A stretch of 64,000 nucleotides of DNA, taken from the human T2T-CHM13v2.0 reference genome, Homo sapiens. The DNA lies in the NCBI RefSeq assembly GCF_009914755.1, contig NC_060929.1; one strand, given 5' to 3'. Position numbers and translations under genes: made by a program. Numbering within the stretch: position 1 is the first letter of the stretch; each line of letters starts with the position of its first letter. This document shows positions 27,786 to 42,489 of this stretch, in pieces. The notes under the pieces were generated by a model. It had not been told where the DNA came from and did no database searches. It saw nothing but the letters and a program-made list of their open reading frames with translations.

Positions 27786-28999
27786 TACTTCAGGACAGCT
27801 AAAACCCTGACATTCACGTGGTGCTCCCACTTTCATAGCACTTTTGCTTTTTGTGATCTCATTTAGTTCTCAACTAGCCCGTGAGTGAGTCACTGTCATC
27901 ACATTTTAAGGATCTTATCTGTTTTCCTTGAAAACGGTGGCTGAGAGGTGAAGTAGCACTTCTAAGGTCATCCAAGTGATTAGTGAGACAGCCTGATTCT
28001 TCTGACTCTTCAAACTAACCTCATTTGTTTTTCCTTGCTAAAAAGAAGATTTTTGATTACATAGATGCTCTTCAGTGTCCCTTCTAGCACTCACAGTCTG
28101 TGATTCTGTGGTTTGCAGGGTCCACTGGGAAGCTGCAAAACCATTTCAAAGAGAACTTTACAGGTGAGGTGGAGAGAAAAGGTTCAAAGTCAAATTCATC
28201 TTTCTTCAGACTGAGCTTTGGATCTGAAATGCAGGGACAACAGATCAATTCTCTCTCTCTTGTGGCTTCTTCTACTTTGGACTCTCCATGACTGTGAATG
28301 GAGTTTGGGTCAGAGCTTGATGGTTACAGGAGAAGGACTGAGGGGTTTTAGTCTTGCTGGGGAAAAGACTGAACTTGGGAGGAATGGAAACCCTCAGTGT
28401 TTTGACACAGTGGATAATGAGTACTGAAAACAATCCACTGTGAATGAACCCTTGTGACAACTTGAAATAAAAGCAGGTAAGCCATAGGAATGAAGAATTT
28501 GAAGGAAGAAAGAATCAAAGCAATGAACAACCAGTAATTCCAGATTTCCAAATATGATCTGTACAGCTGACATCTGAGAACAGACCAGAAGTTTGTGTAT
28601 CTAATATAGATTGCTGCATCTTTTGTTAGTATGTATGAATTAAAGACTCTTCAAGCGGCAGAAGATTGCTACTGAACTGAATGAACAAGAAGGATTCTTT
28701 TTGATGAGTTGGCCTTTCTCTGTGAACTTTTCATTAGGCTATAAACAAAAATACAGACATTTCCTTATCACAGATATAAATATGATAAATGGCCAATCTA
28801 TGGACCATGTAGAGCAGAGATGATAAATAAGGTTTATTTCCCATGGTATCTCTGATTGTTTGCTCAGTGTCTTGAATACTAGGAACAGAAAGATGTGAAA
28901 GCCAAATGTGGTCTTAGTGGGAAACTGTGTGATAATCGATTAATAATGTCTGTCATGGCTGAGGAGTGACACAGTGGGAGTGCGAGTACTGATCTGGAA

Positions 29000-29232
29000 C
29001 AGTGCTACTCAAAGTGTGGTCTGCAGATGGGTTTAAGTGTGCAAAATATGTGTTACCCATGATGAAATGAGTACAGAAATGAAAAATAAGTATTTAGAAA
29101 CATTTATAGCAATTTGACATTGCTGTCACATCCAAGCATATAATTTTGGTATTTTATAAAGTATTTTTCTGTGATGGGTTGAAAATAAAAATAAAACTCA
29201 GCCCTTGACCAGCGGTAGCTTGGAAAGCACTG
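29000..29232. mobile_element. hAT-Charlie MITE
   Basis: TIRs cagtgct...agcactg; begins cagtgctactcaaagtgtggtc. Confidence 0.7.
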
Positions 29233-29954
29233 ACGTATAGGACTGTGTTTGGTTCCTGTGAAAGACTTTGAAATGCCCTGGACTTGGGGAGCTTAGGAAT
29301 GCATTCACAGGGAATCATTCACTGAGCATGGGTGTTTGCCAGTTTTCACCCTTTTACTTGGTGGAAGGATTAAGATAACTACTCAGAGATTGCCAAAAAT
29401 ACCTTCCCTGCCTCTACCTGTTCCCACTTTTGATTTATCCTATAAAGGCTGCATTAAGATGGATTCCTTCCATTAGTGTGTCAGTGAGGCCAACAAAGAG
29501 GTTGTGCCATTAAAAGTACTGAAGGGTGATCACAAAGAAGTGCCCAACATCCATGGTTGAACTGGCCCGGGTGGCCACTGGGGTCATGCATTAATTCACC
29601 CATTCATTTGCCAGTTCACGCATACTCATTCATTCTGGCATTCAACAACTCTTTTTGGAATGCCAGCAATGTGTGTCACAGTGCGAGGTACTGGGGATAT
29701 GATGATGACCAAGAGAGACAGGTTCTTTGCCTTCATGAAAATGACAGTCTAGGAGGGGAGACAGATATTAAATCAATAATGTATATAAGTAGTGATATAA
29801 ATCCTGGTAGGTGCTCCAGTGGGGAAGCATTGGTTGCTCTGAGATCAGTTAGCGGGGGTCTTATCTTAGCCAGGGCATCTTGGAAGGGCCCCTGAAGTGA
29901 CAGTCTGTCAGTGTGCCTCGTCCATGGTGAGTGACCAGAGAAAAAAGACTGGAT

Positions 29955-30154
29955 GGTCGGGTGGGAGGAGGGAGAGCATCGGGATAAATAGCTAAGCATG
30001 TGGGGCTTAATACCTAGGTGATAGGTTGTTAGGTGAGGTAAAACACCATGGCACATGTTTACCTATGTAACAAACCAGCACATCCTGCACATATATCACG
30101 GAACCTAGAATAAAATAAAATAAACTTTTTTAAAAAAGAAGAAAAAAAAAAAAA
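29955..30154 (+). mobile_element. L1PA (PA8-PA12-like) 3' end fragment with A-tail
   Basis: gggcttaatacctaggtgat...caccatggcacatgtttacctatgtaacaaacc...poly(A). Confidence 0.9.
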
Positions 30155-30657
30155 CTCGAGATGATCCTGGAGAGGTGGACAAGGGAATGATGGTGCCAGA
30201 CCTTGCAGGCTGCAGGAGGAGTGGTAGGGAGCCCGATGAAGTCACAAGTATGGTGCAGGCATGGTCCCTGCTCTCAGAGGCCATCAGTCTGGGAGAAAGT
30301 TACCTAAGCAAGTAGCTGTGATATAATGTGATCTGGGTTTTACAAAGGTGCACATACAGGAGGGAAACAATAAGGTTAGGGAACAGAAATGATTTAACAA
30401 AAGAAATTTCACCTTGTCACTCTCCTGCTTGGAACGCTTTTGCAGCTGCATGTTGTTTTTGGAATACAGACCCAATCTTTTCACGAGGCCTGCACATCAC
30501 CCCCACCCTCCCCCAGGGATGCTTCTTTCATCAGGCTCTTCTACAGCTTTCTCTGCTCCCACTGTCCTAATTGGTCCTTCTTTTTAAATTTTTTTAATTT
30601 TAAAAATTATTATTATTATTTTTTCTCATCCTGTCTTATGGTGCTGATTGATTGGTC

Positions 30658-30946
<289 letters not shown>

Positions 30947-31752
30947 TAATTGGTCTTTCTTTAGGACTCCAGGTACCACACATTTTCTTCCTATCTTGTG
31001 GCCTTTGTACATGTTATTTGTTTGTTTGGAATGTTCTCTTTATGCCCCCACTCTGCCCTTGTTTGTCTCTATAATTCTCTAGTTTTCCATGTCTTAGTTT
31101 AAATATCCCTAGCTCCCTAGAGAACCCTGTACTTCTCCCTCACAGTGCTTAGAACAAGTATAATTATTTATTTGCATGATTGATTTAATGTCTATCTCCC
31201 CTGATGCAGTAAGTACTTGATGCATATTGAATGAGTGAATGAGGAGACAGCTGGCCTGGCCTGAGGGAGTTAGCAGTACTGGTGTGAGAGACAGTGGATA
31301 TGGGGTGTGGCTAGGGCCAGGCATGGAGAATGGGGTACGACAAGTCCCAGAACACAGCCATTCCCTCTCCATTGACTTTTCGTCTCTCCCAAGCATGTGT
31401 GAACTGAGCCGCAACATGACGGGAGCCTCTGAAAGGACACTTTCAAGGGATTAGCAATGCCAGTCCTTAGCTCTTTAGGGAAAGCAAACATCCAGGGTTG
31501 ATAAGCTGTGCTTAGTCCTATCTCTTTGAATTATAGGAAAATCCTTCAACCTTAAAATTGCTCGGGGCCAAAGAGCCTCTTTTGGAATATGTTGCTCTGC
31601 AGGATGACCCACATGCTGGAAGGCTGGTAGCTGGGACAGTGGTCAGGCATGGCTGGCCTCCCTCTCATTCTCCTCTATCTTGAATGGATAAGGCCTTACT
31701 GGCCTTAAGGCTTTGTTTAAGAACCAGGATGCACAGTGTCTGTAAACATTCC

Positions 31753-32254
31753 TGTGTTAGTCATCTAATGCTGTGTAACAGCTTATTCCAAAATTTAGGT
31801 GCTTAAAATCATCATTTAATAGCTCTTACAGTTTCTGCAGGTCAGGAATTCAGAGTGCCGGGGGCAGGACTTGTCTCTGTCCCACAGTGCCTGGGGCCTC
31901 TGTGGCTTGAATGCTGGGTGCTTGGAATCCTCTTCAGGCTTCATCACTGATGGATCTGGCGGTCAATGCTGTTGCTGGCTGGGGGCCTCAATGGCCTGTT
32001 GGCCAGAACACCTAAGTGCGGCTTCTGTGTGTGCCTGGGCTTCCTCACAACATGGTGGTTGGATCCCAAGGACAAGCATCTCAAGGAAGAGCCAAGTGAA
32101 AGCCATGTCCTTTTTAGAACCTAGTTCTGGAAGACACGCAGCCTCCCTTTTGCCCTGTTTTATTTGTTAGAAAGGAATCACCAAATCCTCCCCATATTCA
32201 AAGGGAGAGGAAATTAGAATCCACCTTTTACAGGCATGTTTTAAATATGCCACA
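31753..32254 (-). mobile_element. MLT1F-like MaLR LTR
   Basis: tgtgttagtcatctaatgctgtgtaac...ggtcaggaattc...ttcctcacaacatggtggttgg...gccaca. Confidence 0.75.
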
Positions 32255-32487
32255 TTCCTTTAAACAAAAGCACAGAGAGGATCTTGGAATAGTGATAGCA
32301 GTTCAAATGTGAAAGAAACAATGGTTTCAGAGCAAAAATGTCTCTTCTGAGATCTTGGATGACTCTACCCTGGACAGCGTTTTGCCAGCTGGCCCTGGCC
32401 TCCCACCTCCCTTTAGGGAGATGCATTGTCCTCTGAAAAGATTCTCTACCCTTGCTTAAATAAATGTAGGGCAATCTAACTTTAGCC

Positions 32488-32518
<31 letters not shown>

Positions 32519-34517
32519 CTGTGTGTGTGGTGGGGGCCAGGGTTCCTCCTGCCATCCATAGTTCACCTGAAATACTGCACACGATGCAGTCGCTGTCTGG
32601 AACATTCGGCAGATTCTTAAAGTTAAATTTGTGGTATTTTAGAACTGCCCAAAGAGAAAAATAAATAAATAAATAAGCCATGCTAATAGTGAAGAGTTAT
32701 AGTTAAGGGAAGGTTCTTTGACTGAACTAGTTTAAATGTTAATTTTATTACTCAAGAGGGCACTTTGGAACTCCCTGTCATTATGGAACAATTAAACTGT
32801 AGTTCCTTATTAATTTTAAATGCCTTCCTAGGGTAATTAGTGGCATATAATGTGAATTGCATCCCATTAATGAATAGATTTTTGAATCTGAGTGGGCAAA
32901 GTCTTTTATTTGGCTATCCAACAAGACAAGGCCTATGAAAGGAACAAGTTTGGGCCCTTTGAGAATAGAGGGCCTCCCCACACCTCTCTGAGTCCAGGAT
33001 GAACCCTGGCAATCCCCTAAATAAAACATGCAGTCATTAAACTTTCAGGAAGGTGTGATGGTTCTGGCTGCCTCCTTAGACATGAAGTTGGCAGGCAGAA
33101 AATGGATAGTTTTTTGGAACAAGGATTTGGAAACTAAAACAGGAGATTGAGGTTCTGAAGTCCTAGTAGCAGATCATCACTTGAGGATTTATTTTTTTTT
33201 TTTGGTTACTTTAAAGTGACATTTATGAAGCACGTAGTGGATACCTGGCACTTTCCTAGGCAATGGGTCTATTATTTAATTCTCAACACTACTTCATGAG
33301 ATTGGTATTATTATTTCCATTTTACAGACAATGAAAACATGTCTCAAACTTAGAAATATAAGATGATATAGATCTTGACCCTAAGCTCAGGTCCGGCCCA
33401 GTCCAGAGCCTGAATTTCAACTGCTTCATCACTGCCTCTTGGTTGGGCCATATCTTTATTCATGTCTTCAGTTGCTCTGATTTTATTTTAATGCTCTTTT
33501 TGTTTGTATATTCCTTAGCTAATAAAACAGAATACCAGTGTTAAGAGATTTTTAGGGACTATAATGTGATCCCTTCATTTTATCAGTGAGAAAACTGAGG
33601 TCCAGGGATGAGGATGGACCATCTAAACCAGAGAGAGAGTAGTGACTCTTATTCTAGGCACGGCTCAGGGATGAGGGAGACGTGGCTGCTAGCAGTTCCC
33701 CAATTCCAGCTCTGTCTGCACAATCCTCAAATCCTGACCCCGAAATCTAACTCCGGCTTCCTGGGCAGGCTTCTTACCATGAGTGTCACCAGCTCTGAGA
33801 ATCTAGTTAGGCCAACGTTCCTCTTGTGGGCAAACCATAGCCAACTCTGTCTTGTCCACTTGCAACTTAAATGACACCAGCCTGTGAAATACAAATTGTA
33901 TTGGCACAAGCCTCCACCTTCTTGATTGACAGCACTGACCCCCTCACAGTGTTCTTTGGATTTCCAAGGCTTGTTGCAGGAGCACCCATGGCCAGTCTGT
34001 CAGCTGTGGCCTCTACGTGGCCTCCTCCTTCCTCTCTTCTGGCTCCCACCTGATAGAGTCCACAGCCTGGCAGGCCATCTGCTGAAGCCGCCCTGAGGCC
34101 CACCCCAAGAATACTGCTGGCTTTCCATGCCAAAGGACTCTCTCTGGACACCGCTAATGCTTTCAGTTTCTTATGGGCAGAGCATTGCTGGGTTATGTGG
34201 TGCCAATCAGTGCCCTGAGCTTCTGGCCTTTACCCCTCACCTAGAATATCACCAGGATGCTCATGACCATCAGTTTCTGGCCTTTACTCCTTCAAACACA
34301 GGAGCTCAAACCTATCCCAGGAATAGATGGGAAGCAGATGCAACCCCATATCTTCCACTCTCCTCTGTTCTCCTCTTTGACCCTTTTCCCCAATCCACAC
34401 TCCTCCCTCCATCCTTACAGAACAAAGGCATTTATTGATTCATCAAATTTGTTCACGGAGCACCTGCTACTTGCCAGGCCTTCTGCTGTGTGCTTAGGGT
34501 ACAGTTGAAACAGTCAT

Positions 34518-35023
34518 TGTTAGTTGCCAATATTCCTCTTTCTCTCTTTTTGATAGAACATCAATTTTGTTTGGGGCAAGAATTTGTCAGACCTCAGTGA
34601 AGAGTCATTTATGATTGTTCTAAACGGATCAGGATAACACCACTCCCTCATCACCCCCACCACCCCAGCTAGTAGGCTTGAGATCCTGAACTGGATGAAA
34701 TGTGAGAGGAGGCTGGGTGCTTTTGATAAAAAGTGCAGACAGGGAAGGGGGCCTGGGTGGCACTGCCCTCTTTCCTCTTTTCCTGCTTTGAATGGGGAGT
34801 TGATGTTTGGAGCTTGAGGGCCCAGAGCATCAAGCCTGAGTAGGAAGAGACGACAAGAGGATGGCAGAGCAGAAATGCAGGAAAAGCCTGGATCCTGATG
34901 GCTTGGTTGCACTCCCAGACCAACCCTGAGGTTGCCTTTCCTCTGGGCTTCTCACTTAGAAAAGAACAAGCACAGACTGGTTTAAGCCAATCTCTTCATC
35001 TGTCATTTCCAAGTTCTCCTGAC
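34518..35023 (+). mobile_element. Old MaLR LTR (MLT1J/L-like)
   Basis: gaggatggcagagcagaaatgcaggaaaagcctggatcctgatggc...gtttaagcca. Confidence 0.55.
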
Positions 35024-35901
35024 AGCAGGATGGTGATACATTCACACAGTGATATGATGTGAGTGATACAGGCACAGCCCCTGCCCCCATTAAGTTCACA
35101 CATCAATGAATACCGGAGATGTTGGGAAGGGCACTGAGTTGCCAACTCAGGCAATGCCTGGCACAAACTTGCTCATTCACTTTTGCCTTCTTTGCACACT
35201 GTGTCTTTGCTTGATATAATTCAATTCCATCTCTATCTGCTTTTACTTTAACTTCTAATTTCCTAGTGTAAATATGAGCCAGGAAGAGTGGATCAAGGAG
35301 GCAGCTGCTCCTCGGGGCCTGGCTGGTCTGCGGCATGGTAGATTGTGAGCTCATTTAGAGAACAGTCTGGATCGATAATGATTTCAGTTACACCGCAGGC
35401 TAAGTGTTTGAAGCCAGTGACTCCGGGAAGGGTGATGGATCCATTAGGAATGCTTGGGCAAAGGGTAGAGACTCTTTCCTTCCCTCTTCTGCTGCAAGGG
35501 GAGAAGTAATTTCTCTGTTTGGCTGTAAGGTTGCTAGGTCAGTCAGCCTGGGGAATGGTTGATTCACAGCTCAGGTTTTCTCTCAGGGGCGGGAAGTTTT
35601 GCCAACAGAGAGGCTGTGGAGGGTGATAGTTAAGAGCTCCAGCTCTGAGAATCCAGGCTCTTCCCTTTTGCATGCTGTGTGACCTTGGGCAAGTTACTCA
35701 GCCTGGCTGAGCCTCTATTCCTTTATTTGTGCTCTGTGGATAATCACAGTAGATAAGGCTTCTGTTGACTCTTAATAGGTCTTTTGTAAATCTTCTGGGA
35801 AGTGTAATCACAAAGGAGTGGAACAGTGAGGAAGTGAATTTGTGGAATGCATAGAAATGAAAACATCCAAACAGCTGGGAGTGTAACATAAATAAAGGTA
35901 C

Positions 35902-36275
35902 TGTATTAGTCTGTTCTCATGTTGCTATAAAGAACTGCCTGAGACTGGGTAATTTATAAAGGAAAGAGGGTTAATTGACTCACAGTTCCCAGTGGCTTTG
36001 AAGGCCTTGGGAAACTTACAATCAAAGCAGAAGGGGAAGCAAACACATACTTCACATGATGATAGGAAGGAGAGGTGCTGAGCCAAGATGGAAAAGTCCT
36101 TTATAAAACCATTAGATCTCATGAGAGCTCACTCACTATCACCAGAACAGCAGCATGGGGGTAAATGCCCCCATGATTCAATTACCTCCCACCAAGTCCT
36201 TCCTATGACATGTGGGGATTATGGGAACTCCAGTTCAAGATGAGATTTGGGTGGGGACACAGCCAAACCATATCA
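35902..36275 (-). mobile_element. THE1D-like MaLR solo LTR
   Basis: tgtattagtctgttctcatg...cagccaaaccatatca; TSD (g/a)gtac. Confidence 0.9.
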
Positions 36276-36399
36276 AGTACAGAAACAACACAAAACAACA
36301 TAAAAACACAAACAAAACCCAAGATATGTTGGAAAGGGGTACCTAGAATGCTCCCAGGAGGTGTGGGGAAGAACTCAGTTCTGTCTCTTTGCCTAATTC

Positions 36400-36616
<217 letters not shown>

Positions 36617-37316
36617 TAAAACACCCCCCCTAAATATAGCAGTACTAATAAATATTTTACATGATATTCAAAGTTTTTGTATTTTCTATGGGGGAAATAG
36701 GTATCTCTGCTGATGGTGAACGTGTATCTTAATAAAACAGGGGTTTGATTTGACATCTGAATCAAGAGCCCTAAAAATGATCCTATCCTTTGATTTAGCG
36801 ATTCTATTTTCAGGAAATGATTCTAAGAAAATATAAATCTGGATATGGGAAAATTTAATTAACATGGTTTTTACACAGCATTGAAAATTAGAGAGAAACT
36901 GTCCAATAATTTCTTAAATAAATTCTAGTGAATCGGTACAGTGGAATACCATGTTACCATTTACAAAATGTGAAACGATATTGAAAACTTGAGAAGAGGT
37001 TCAAGACAAATGCAGACATGATTCATGAAGACTCCGGATTTCTAGTAATACTACTGGGGTTGAAACGTGCTTCTACTGCTTCCTAGCTGTGTGATGTTGG
37101 AATGAATTACATAACCTCTCTGTGTCCAAGATTTTTCATCTGAAAAATAGGGTTTACAGATAATGGTTACTTCATGGGTTTGGCACATGGTAAGTGCCTT
37201 GTCTGCCATTAAGTGAAACTGTGAGGACACATTTCCAAAAAAAGAAAAAAAAAGAAAAGAAAAATTTATAAGTGAGAGAAAAAAAAATATAAAAATATTA
37301 AGAACATTTATTTGTT

Positions 37317-37320
<4 letters not shown>

Positions 37321-37403
<83 letters not shown>

Positions 37404-37527
37404 TTTTAAGAGGCAGCATTTCACTATGTTGCCCAGGCTGGTCTTGAACTCCTGGGTGCAGGTGGTCCTCCTGCCTTAGTATCCTGAGTAGCGGGGACTC
37501 CAGGTGCATGTTACCATGCCCAGCTAT
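37321..37527 (-). mobile_element. FLAM/Alu monomer with compound (CT)n(AT)n(T)n microsatellite tail
   Basis: Microsatellite 37321-37407, then actatgttgcccaggctggtcttgaactcctggg... Confidence 0.85.
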
Positions 37528-37640
37528 ATACAAACTTATTGAGTACCCCCTATGTGCCAGGCTCTGTGACACAACGGTGAACAAAAGAAGCACAAATCTA
37601 TACATTTGGAGGGCTTATAGTGCAGAGAAGAAGTTCTCAT

Positions 37641-38206
37641 AAAAATTGCTGGGGGTCACTAAGCCCAGCTAGCTAATTTTTAATTTTCTGTAGAGACAAG
37701 GTCTTGCCATGTTGCCCAGGCTGGTCTTGAACTCCTGGGCTCAAGCAATGCTCCTATCTCAGCCTCCCAGTGTGCTGGGATTACAGGCATGAGCCACCAC
37801 ACCCAGCCCTGAGGTGGATTTTTTTTTCAATAGAGAAAATCTAAGAGGTAATACCAGTAGGCAAATGCTTAAATGGATTACAGACTGGAAAACAAGATGG
37901 CAGCAAACCAAGATACATTTTTTTGGTCAACAAATGATGTTGGAAAATGCCTGGAAAACATGAGTGAAAATGTGAACAGACAATCATTAGAACGAATTAT
38001 TCAGCGGGAAGTTTGCCACACAATTGGATGAAACTACAAGATATTATTACTGTATCTGGAAAAGGTTATGTTTCAAAGATGAAGTGCACAAAGAACTCCT
38101 TTTTCATGAGCCACCAAAGAAAGGACTACCAGAGAAGGTATTTTCTCAACTGTAAATGACCTCTTTAATTAAAACAATATGTTATTGAAAAAAAATTGCT
38201 GGGGGT
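37641..38206 (+). mobile_element. TSD-flanked 534-bp insertion: partial antisense AluJ (37662-37809) plus hAT-Charlie transposase fragment (~37930-38187)
   Basis: Perfect 16-bp direct repeat AAAAATTGCTGGGGGT at 37641 and 38191. Internal frameshifted translation FATQLDETT...ELLFHEP..RTTREGIFSTVNDLF resembles hAT transposase FALQLDE...RTTGEDIF. Confidence 0.75.
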
Positions 38207-41200
38207 GTCTTTTAAAAATGCTGACGTGTGGACCCACCCTTAGAAGTCTGGATTCTGCAGTTGTGGGCGTAGGTCCAGGAGTCTTCATGTCGTACATGCA
38301 CCAGAGGGTTCTGCTGTAGGCCTTTTGAGACTGCACTGGTGAATATATGCAATAACCAATATATGGTTATTGCTGATTGGAGAGGGATTAGTAGTGACTT
38401 TAATTTTTTTTTATTCCTTATGTTTTGTAAATTTCTACTCTAAGTAAGATTTTTTTAATAATTAGAAAAAAGTAAACATTTTATATGTTTAAATATGCAG
38501 CATCTATGCCCCTCCTGTCTGCCTTCCCCTATGCCCAGCACAATTCTCATTTCTTGCACAGTAACAGAAGAACATCACACAGACTTCAGATTAGGAAACG
38601 CCTCTGGAATGGATGATGGGGGCTGTGATTCTCAGATAGCTGTAAAATCACAAAGAGAAGGTAGAAAATTTCTTGCCCAAATCATCTGCTTTTGTTTGAA
38701 TGTGCTCCAGCCCTGTCTCTCTTAGGCAAATAAACCTCTTTAAAGATGCATTTCATTTGCTTTCTTTTTCTTGCAAATTCTCTTGACCTTGAGATGTATC
38801 CAGTGGCTCTGGTAATTGGTGCAGTTTCCAGAGTCATTTGTATGGACATTGTGTAATGCAGACGTACAGGGAGAAATCTCCACAGTCATCCTGTGCTTGT
38901 ATCAGGTGAATTTGTATTTTATGGTTTTTGGTCAGATTGATTTTTGTGAAACACCCTGGGGTGTTTGCAAATATGAAAGTTCTTGTAGTTCTGGTTGCTT
39001 GTTTGTATTTACAGGAAGAATAAAAAGAAGATGAGAAAATTGCTCTCTGTGCTGACAAACTCCTTCTTCCCCACGAGTGTGGAAAGGAAGGAGATGAAGG
39101 GCTTCCAACAGGAGGGAAAATTAGAGGCAGTGAGATCAGAGATCAGGGTGAAAAGCTGCCTGTGAAGGCTAATTCAAACCAGGAAGCATTGTCAGGCATG
39201 GGCAGCAAGTTCATGAACACTGGGTAGGTCTCACCAAATAAACAGGTTATGATGAACAAAACTGCTGTGATTAAAGTCTTTAAAATCCCTAAACTCTGTG
39301 ATGAATGGGCTCTCTGGTCCTGCCTTGAGTTTATTCTGAGGCACCATGTCCATTTTGGGCTGGTCTTTTACATAGAATGAATATCTGCTAATTTGGTTAT
39401 ACAAATTGAAAACTATATCTTTTCCAATCCCAAACTCAACCAAATGAAACCAAACAAAACTAGAACACCTATCTTTCTGCATGGGTTAGTTCTGATGCCT
39501 GAAGTACTTTTAGTGTAAAGGTAGGTTCAGTAAGTATGTAGCATGTGTAGCATTACTTCTTCCTTCTGAGCCCATGACAGACATTACTAATCAATTACAG
39601 TGCTCTCTACTGCTGAGGCCAGCTGTCAGCACATTCACTTTCCCCATCAAACAACCTTGATGCCTGGATTTCTTAGCATTGTCGTCATCCCTTTTGGAAT
39701 CACAGTTGGTAAATACAAAGCATCTTCACTGCTATTCTTACTGCAATTCCTCTCTGTTTTATCCTTGACAAATGCCAATAAGAAGTCACAGCACTCACAA
39801 TCTCCTCAGATGTGACTTTAGAATCTTCCTCAGAAACAGTTTTCCACACAGCTTCTACCAATAGATGGGATCTTGTATGGAACAGGAAAGGTATTTGCTA
39901 TCCCTGGGGTATCTGAAAATTAGGAAGCAAGACATCTACCATTAACCCCTTTGTGACTTAGTTCATCAGATTAGTGTCACCAGAGAATAGAGGGGAAAAG
40001 GTCAGGTGTGTACTCTGCAGTCTGATATTTATGACCCTTCATGGTTTGGCTTCAGTTTCTATTTCTAATCAAACAGCTTATGTCTGCTCAGACAAGCCTT
40101 TCCATTTGCTTCCATATGTCTTGTCTTTTTCCATTTTTAGGTCCTCTGCTCACTCAGCTTCCCCCACCTGGAACACCCTCCCTCCTCTCCACCTACCCAA
40201 TTTTTGCCATTCTCCAAGGCTTAGCTCATGGTCTGTTGGTTTCACTGAGTCTTTTCTAAGTACTAGGAATGATTTGTCTGTGGTCTAAGTTCCCACGGCA
40301 TTTACAATTTATTCAACTCACTTGGCATCAAACTTCTTCCCCTGAAATGTTTGTTCCTTCTCAATGCCTACGGGTTTTAATTTTTTAACCACTAGACTAT
40401 AAACCTTGCCATCAGGGTCCAGGCTTTCATCTTCCTTTGTGTTGAATGTATACTTTGGGCAAGAGCCCTTCATTTCTCCAGGGGTGATGGGAAGAGGAGC
40501 TGCAAATGGAGGGAAGAATGAACCTCCATTTTATTTGCCCTGCACTCTGGTTGAAGCCCATCTCTGTTTCCATTTGAGACCTTTTAAGTAGAATTCAAAA
40601 CATAGACTAGGATGTTCGAGGGTTTTTCTAAGAAAAGCTAATGCAGCATAAAGAGATACTCAGAGAGAGGATGTAGACAGTGCTAAAGTTTGGAACCACC
40701 AACACCTGCTAATGGGATGGAGTACTGAATACATTACAGTTTCCTTTGGTTGTTCCTGCTTTAGTAGGAAGTTATGAAGATATTTAATATTCAAAATCAT
40801 TTTATCCACAGTCCTGGCCTTGGGGAAATATTGCATTTTATCAAATCAGCTAGCTGCCCTGCTCAGAATCAGACATCAGATGGAGCAAGTAGAGCTTATT
40901 TTTATATTTGAAATATTTCTTAGTAAGCTAAAAAAATAAAGCTTCACTGCTACATAAAGTGATATAGGTTTTATCGTTCAAAGCACAGAGTAGAGATATT
41001 GGAAAGCAGGCTTAATACTTGCTTCCTGAGTTCTTTCTATATATTTCTAAATTATGTAATGATGGTTTATCCTAAACTATTTTTCTAAATCATAATGTCA
41101 TCATATTTTTATTTATATTTTATTTAGCGAATAGAGTTATAACAAATGAACACATTAATAAAAATATTCAATGAAAAATTGGTATGCAACTCACTGAGCA

Positions 41201-41253
41201 CACAAATTATCAGTTTCCACACAAAAGATGAGTTACTAAGAACAGAAAGTTCA

Positions 41254-41452
41254 ATGGAGAGACTGAAACCCAAAGGGTCAACAATAGGCTGAGGCAGACA
41301 TCCGGGCCAAAGTGACTCAGTGAGTTTGGGTCACAGGTGCATACTCCACTTGTTATATGACCTGTTTGTGTAAGTTCATACTTGGTTTTGAGCCACTATT
41401 GTCTGTAGAAGGTATAGCTGCCCTGCTGATGCTGTACAGGCTCTTGCTCTTG

Positions 41453-41514
<62 letters not shown>

Positions 41515-41954
41515 CAGAGCTGTCCTTCTTGCAGATAGAGGGAGGCTAGGGCTCGACGTGGCTCTGTGCAAGCGCTGGCACCCAGAGAGAGAGAGTGAAG
41601 CTACTGACCCCTGTACGGGAGAGTTATCATCTGGCAGATGGACAGGGGGAAGCCAGAAACCAGCTTGCGCCCAGAGAGAGAAAGAGTTAAGCTGCTGATC
41701 CTGAAGGCAAGGGAGAGCCAGCCGTGCAGCTGTGCGTGGGAGTGGCCGGAGCAAGTAGCCGAAAATGAACGGTGTGTGAGAGCTAGTGTGAGTAAGCTGC
41801 TGATGAGAGAGCTGCTGAATAAAACCATATTCACCTGCCTATGGTCCCCCAAATGTTCTTTTAGCTATTCGCCCATCCACCCACTCCCCTCGGACCTCAG
41901 CTGGGGCTGGAACCTGACCCTAAGTGTGACATTTGGCATAGTTGTGGACCTGAC
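41254..41954 (+). mobile_element. ERVL LTR (LTR18/LTR32-like) with (GA)n tract at 41457-41511
   Basis: tgactcag...gagccactattgtctgt...gagctgctgaataaaacc...gacctgaca; subfamily uncertain. Confidence 0.65.
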
Positions 41955-42489
41955 ACCAGGGAACATTTACCCTGTTATAACTACCTGCTACTGGAAACAG
42001 AGATAAATTACAGGCCCAAGATGGTTTGAGATGGGAATTACAGAGCTAGGTGATGAGGGTAGGTCAAGGGCAATACATCTGAGTTCTTCCCCTGTGGCAG
42101 AGCATTATTAACTAAAGTTTCCACCATGCCCTGTGTAAGTGGGAGAAGGAAAAACAATAGTCTCTGGGATTTCTAGGAGACTTAGAAAACAACTTTGCAT
42201 AAATCCTCTTATGAATCAGTGAGATAATTTCTTGGGGGTATATGCCAGGAGTAGGATTGCTGAGTAGTAGGGTAAGCTACCACTTACCCTAGGGCAAGGT
42301 AAGGTAGGATACATGGTAAGCACCAAGAAAGTACCCTCCAGAATGACCTTTTGTTTCCATCCCCAGGAAGGTCCCATTTCCACATATCCTTACAAAAAGT
42401 CTGATGGGTCCAAAGAGGTTTCTCGCTGTCATTTTAATTTTCATTTCTTTGATTACTAGGTGGGTTGAGCAGAGGATTTCCTTCCATGA

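Noticed and set aside
37051-37605. 184-aa ORF on the minus strand
   Set aside because: It runs through an Alu monomer and (A)n(TA)n(GA)n microsatellite; spurious.
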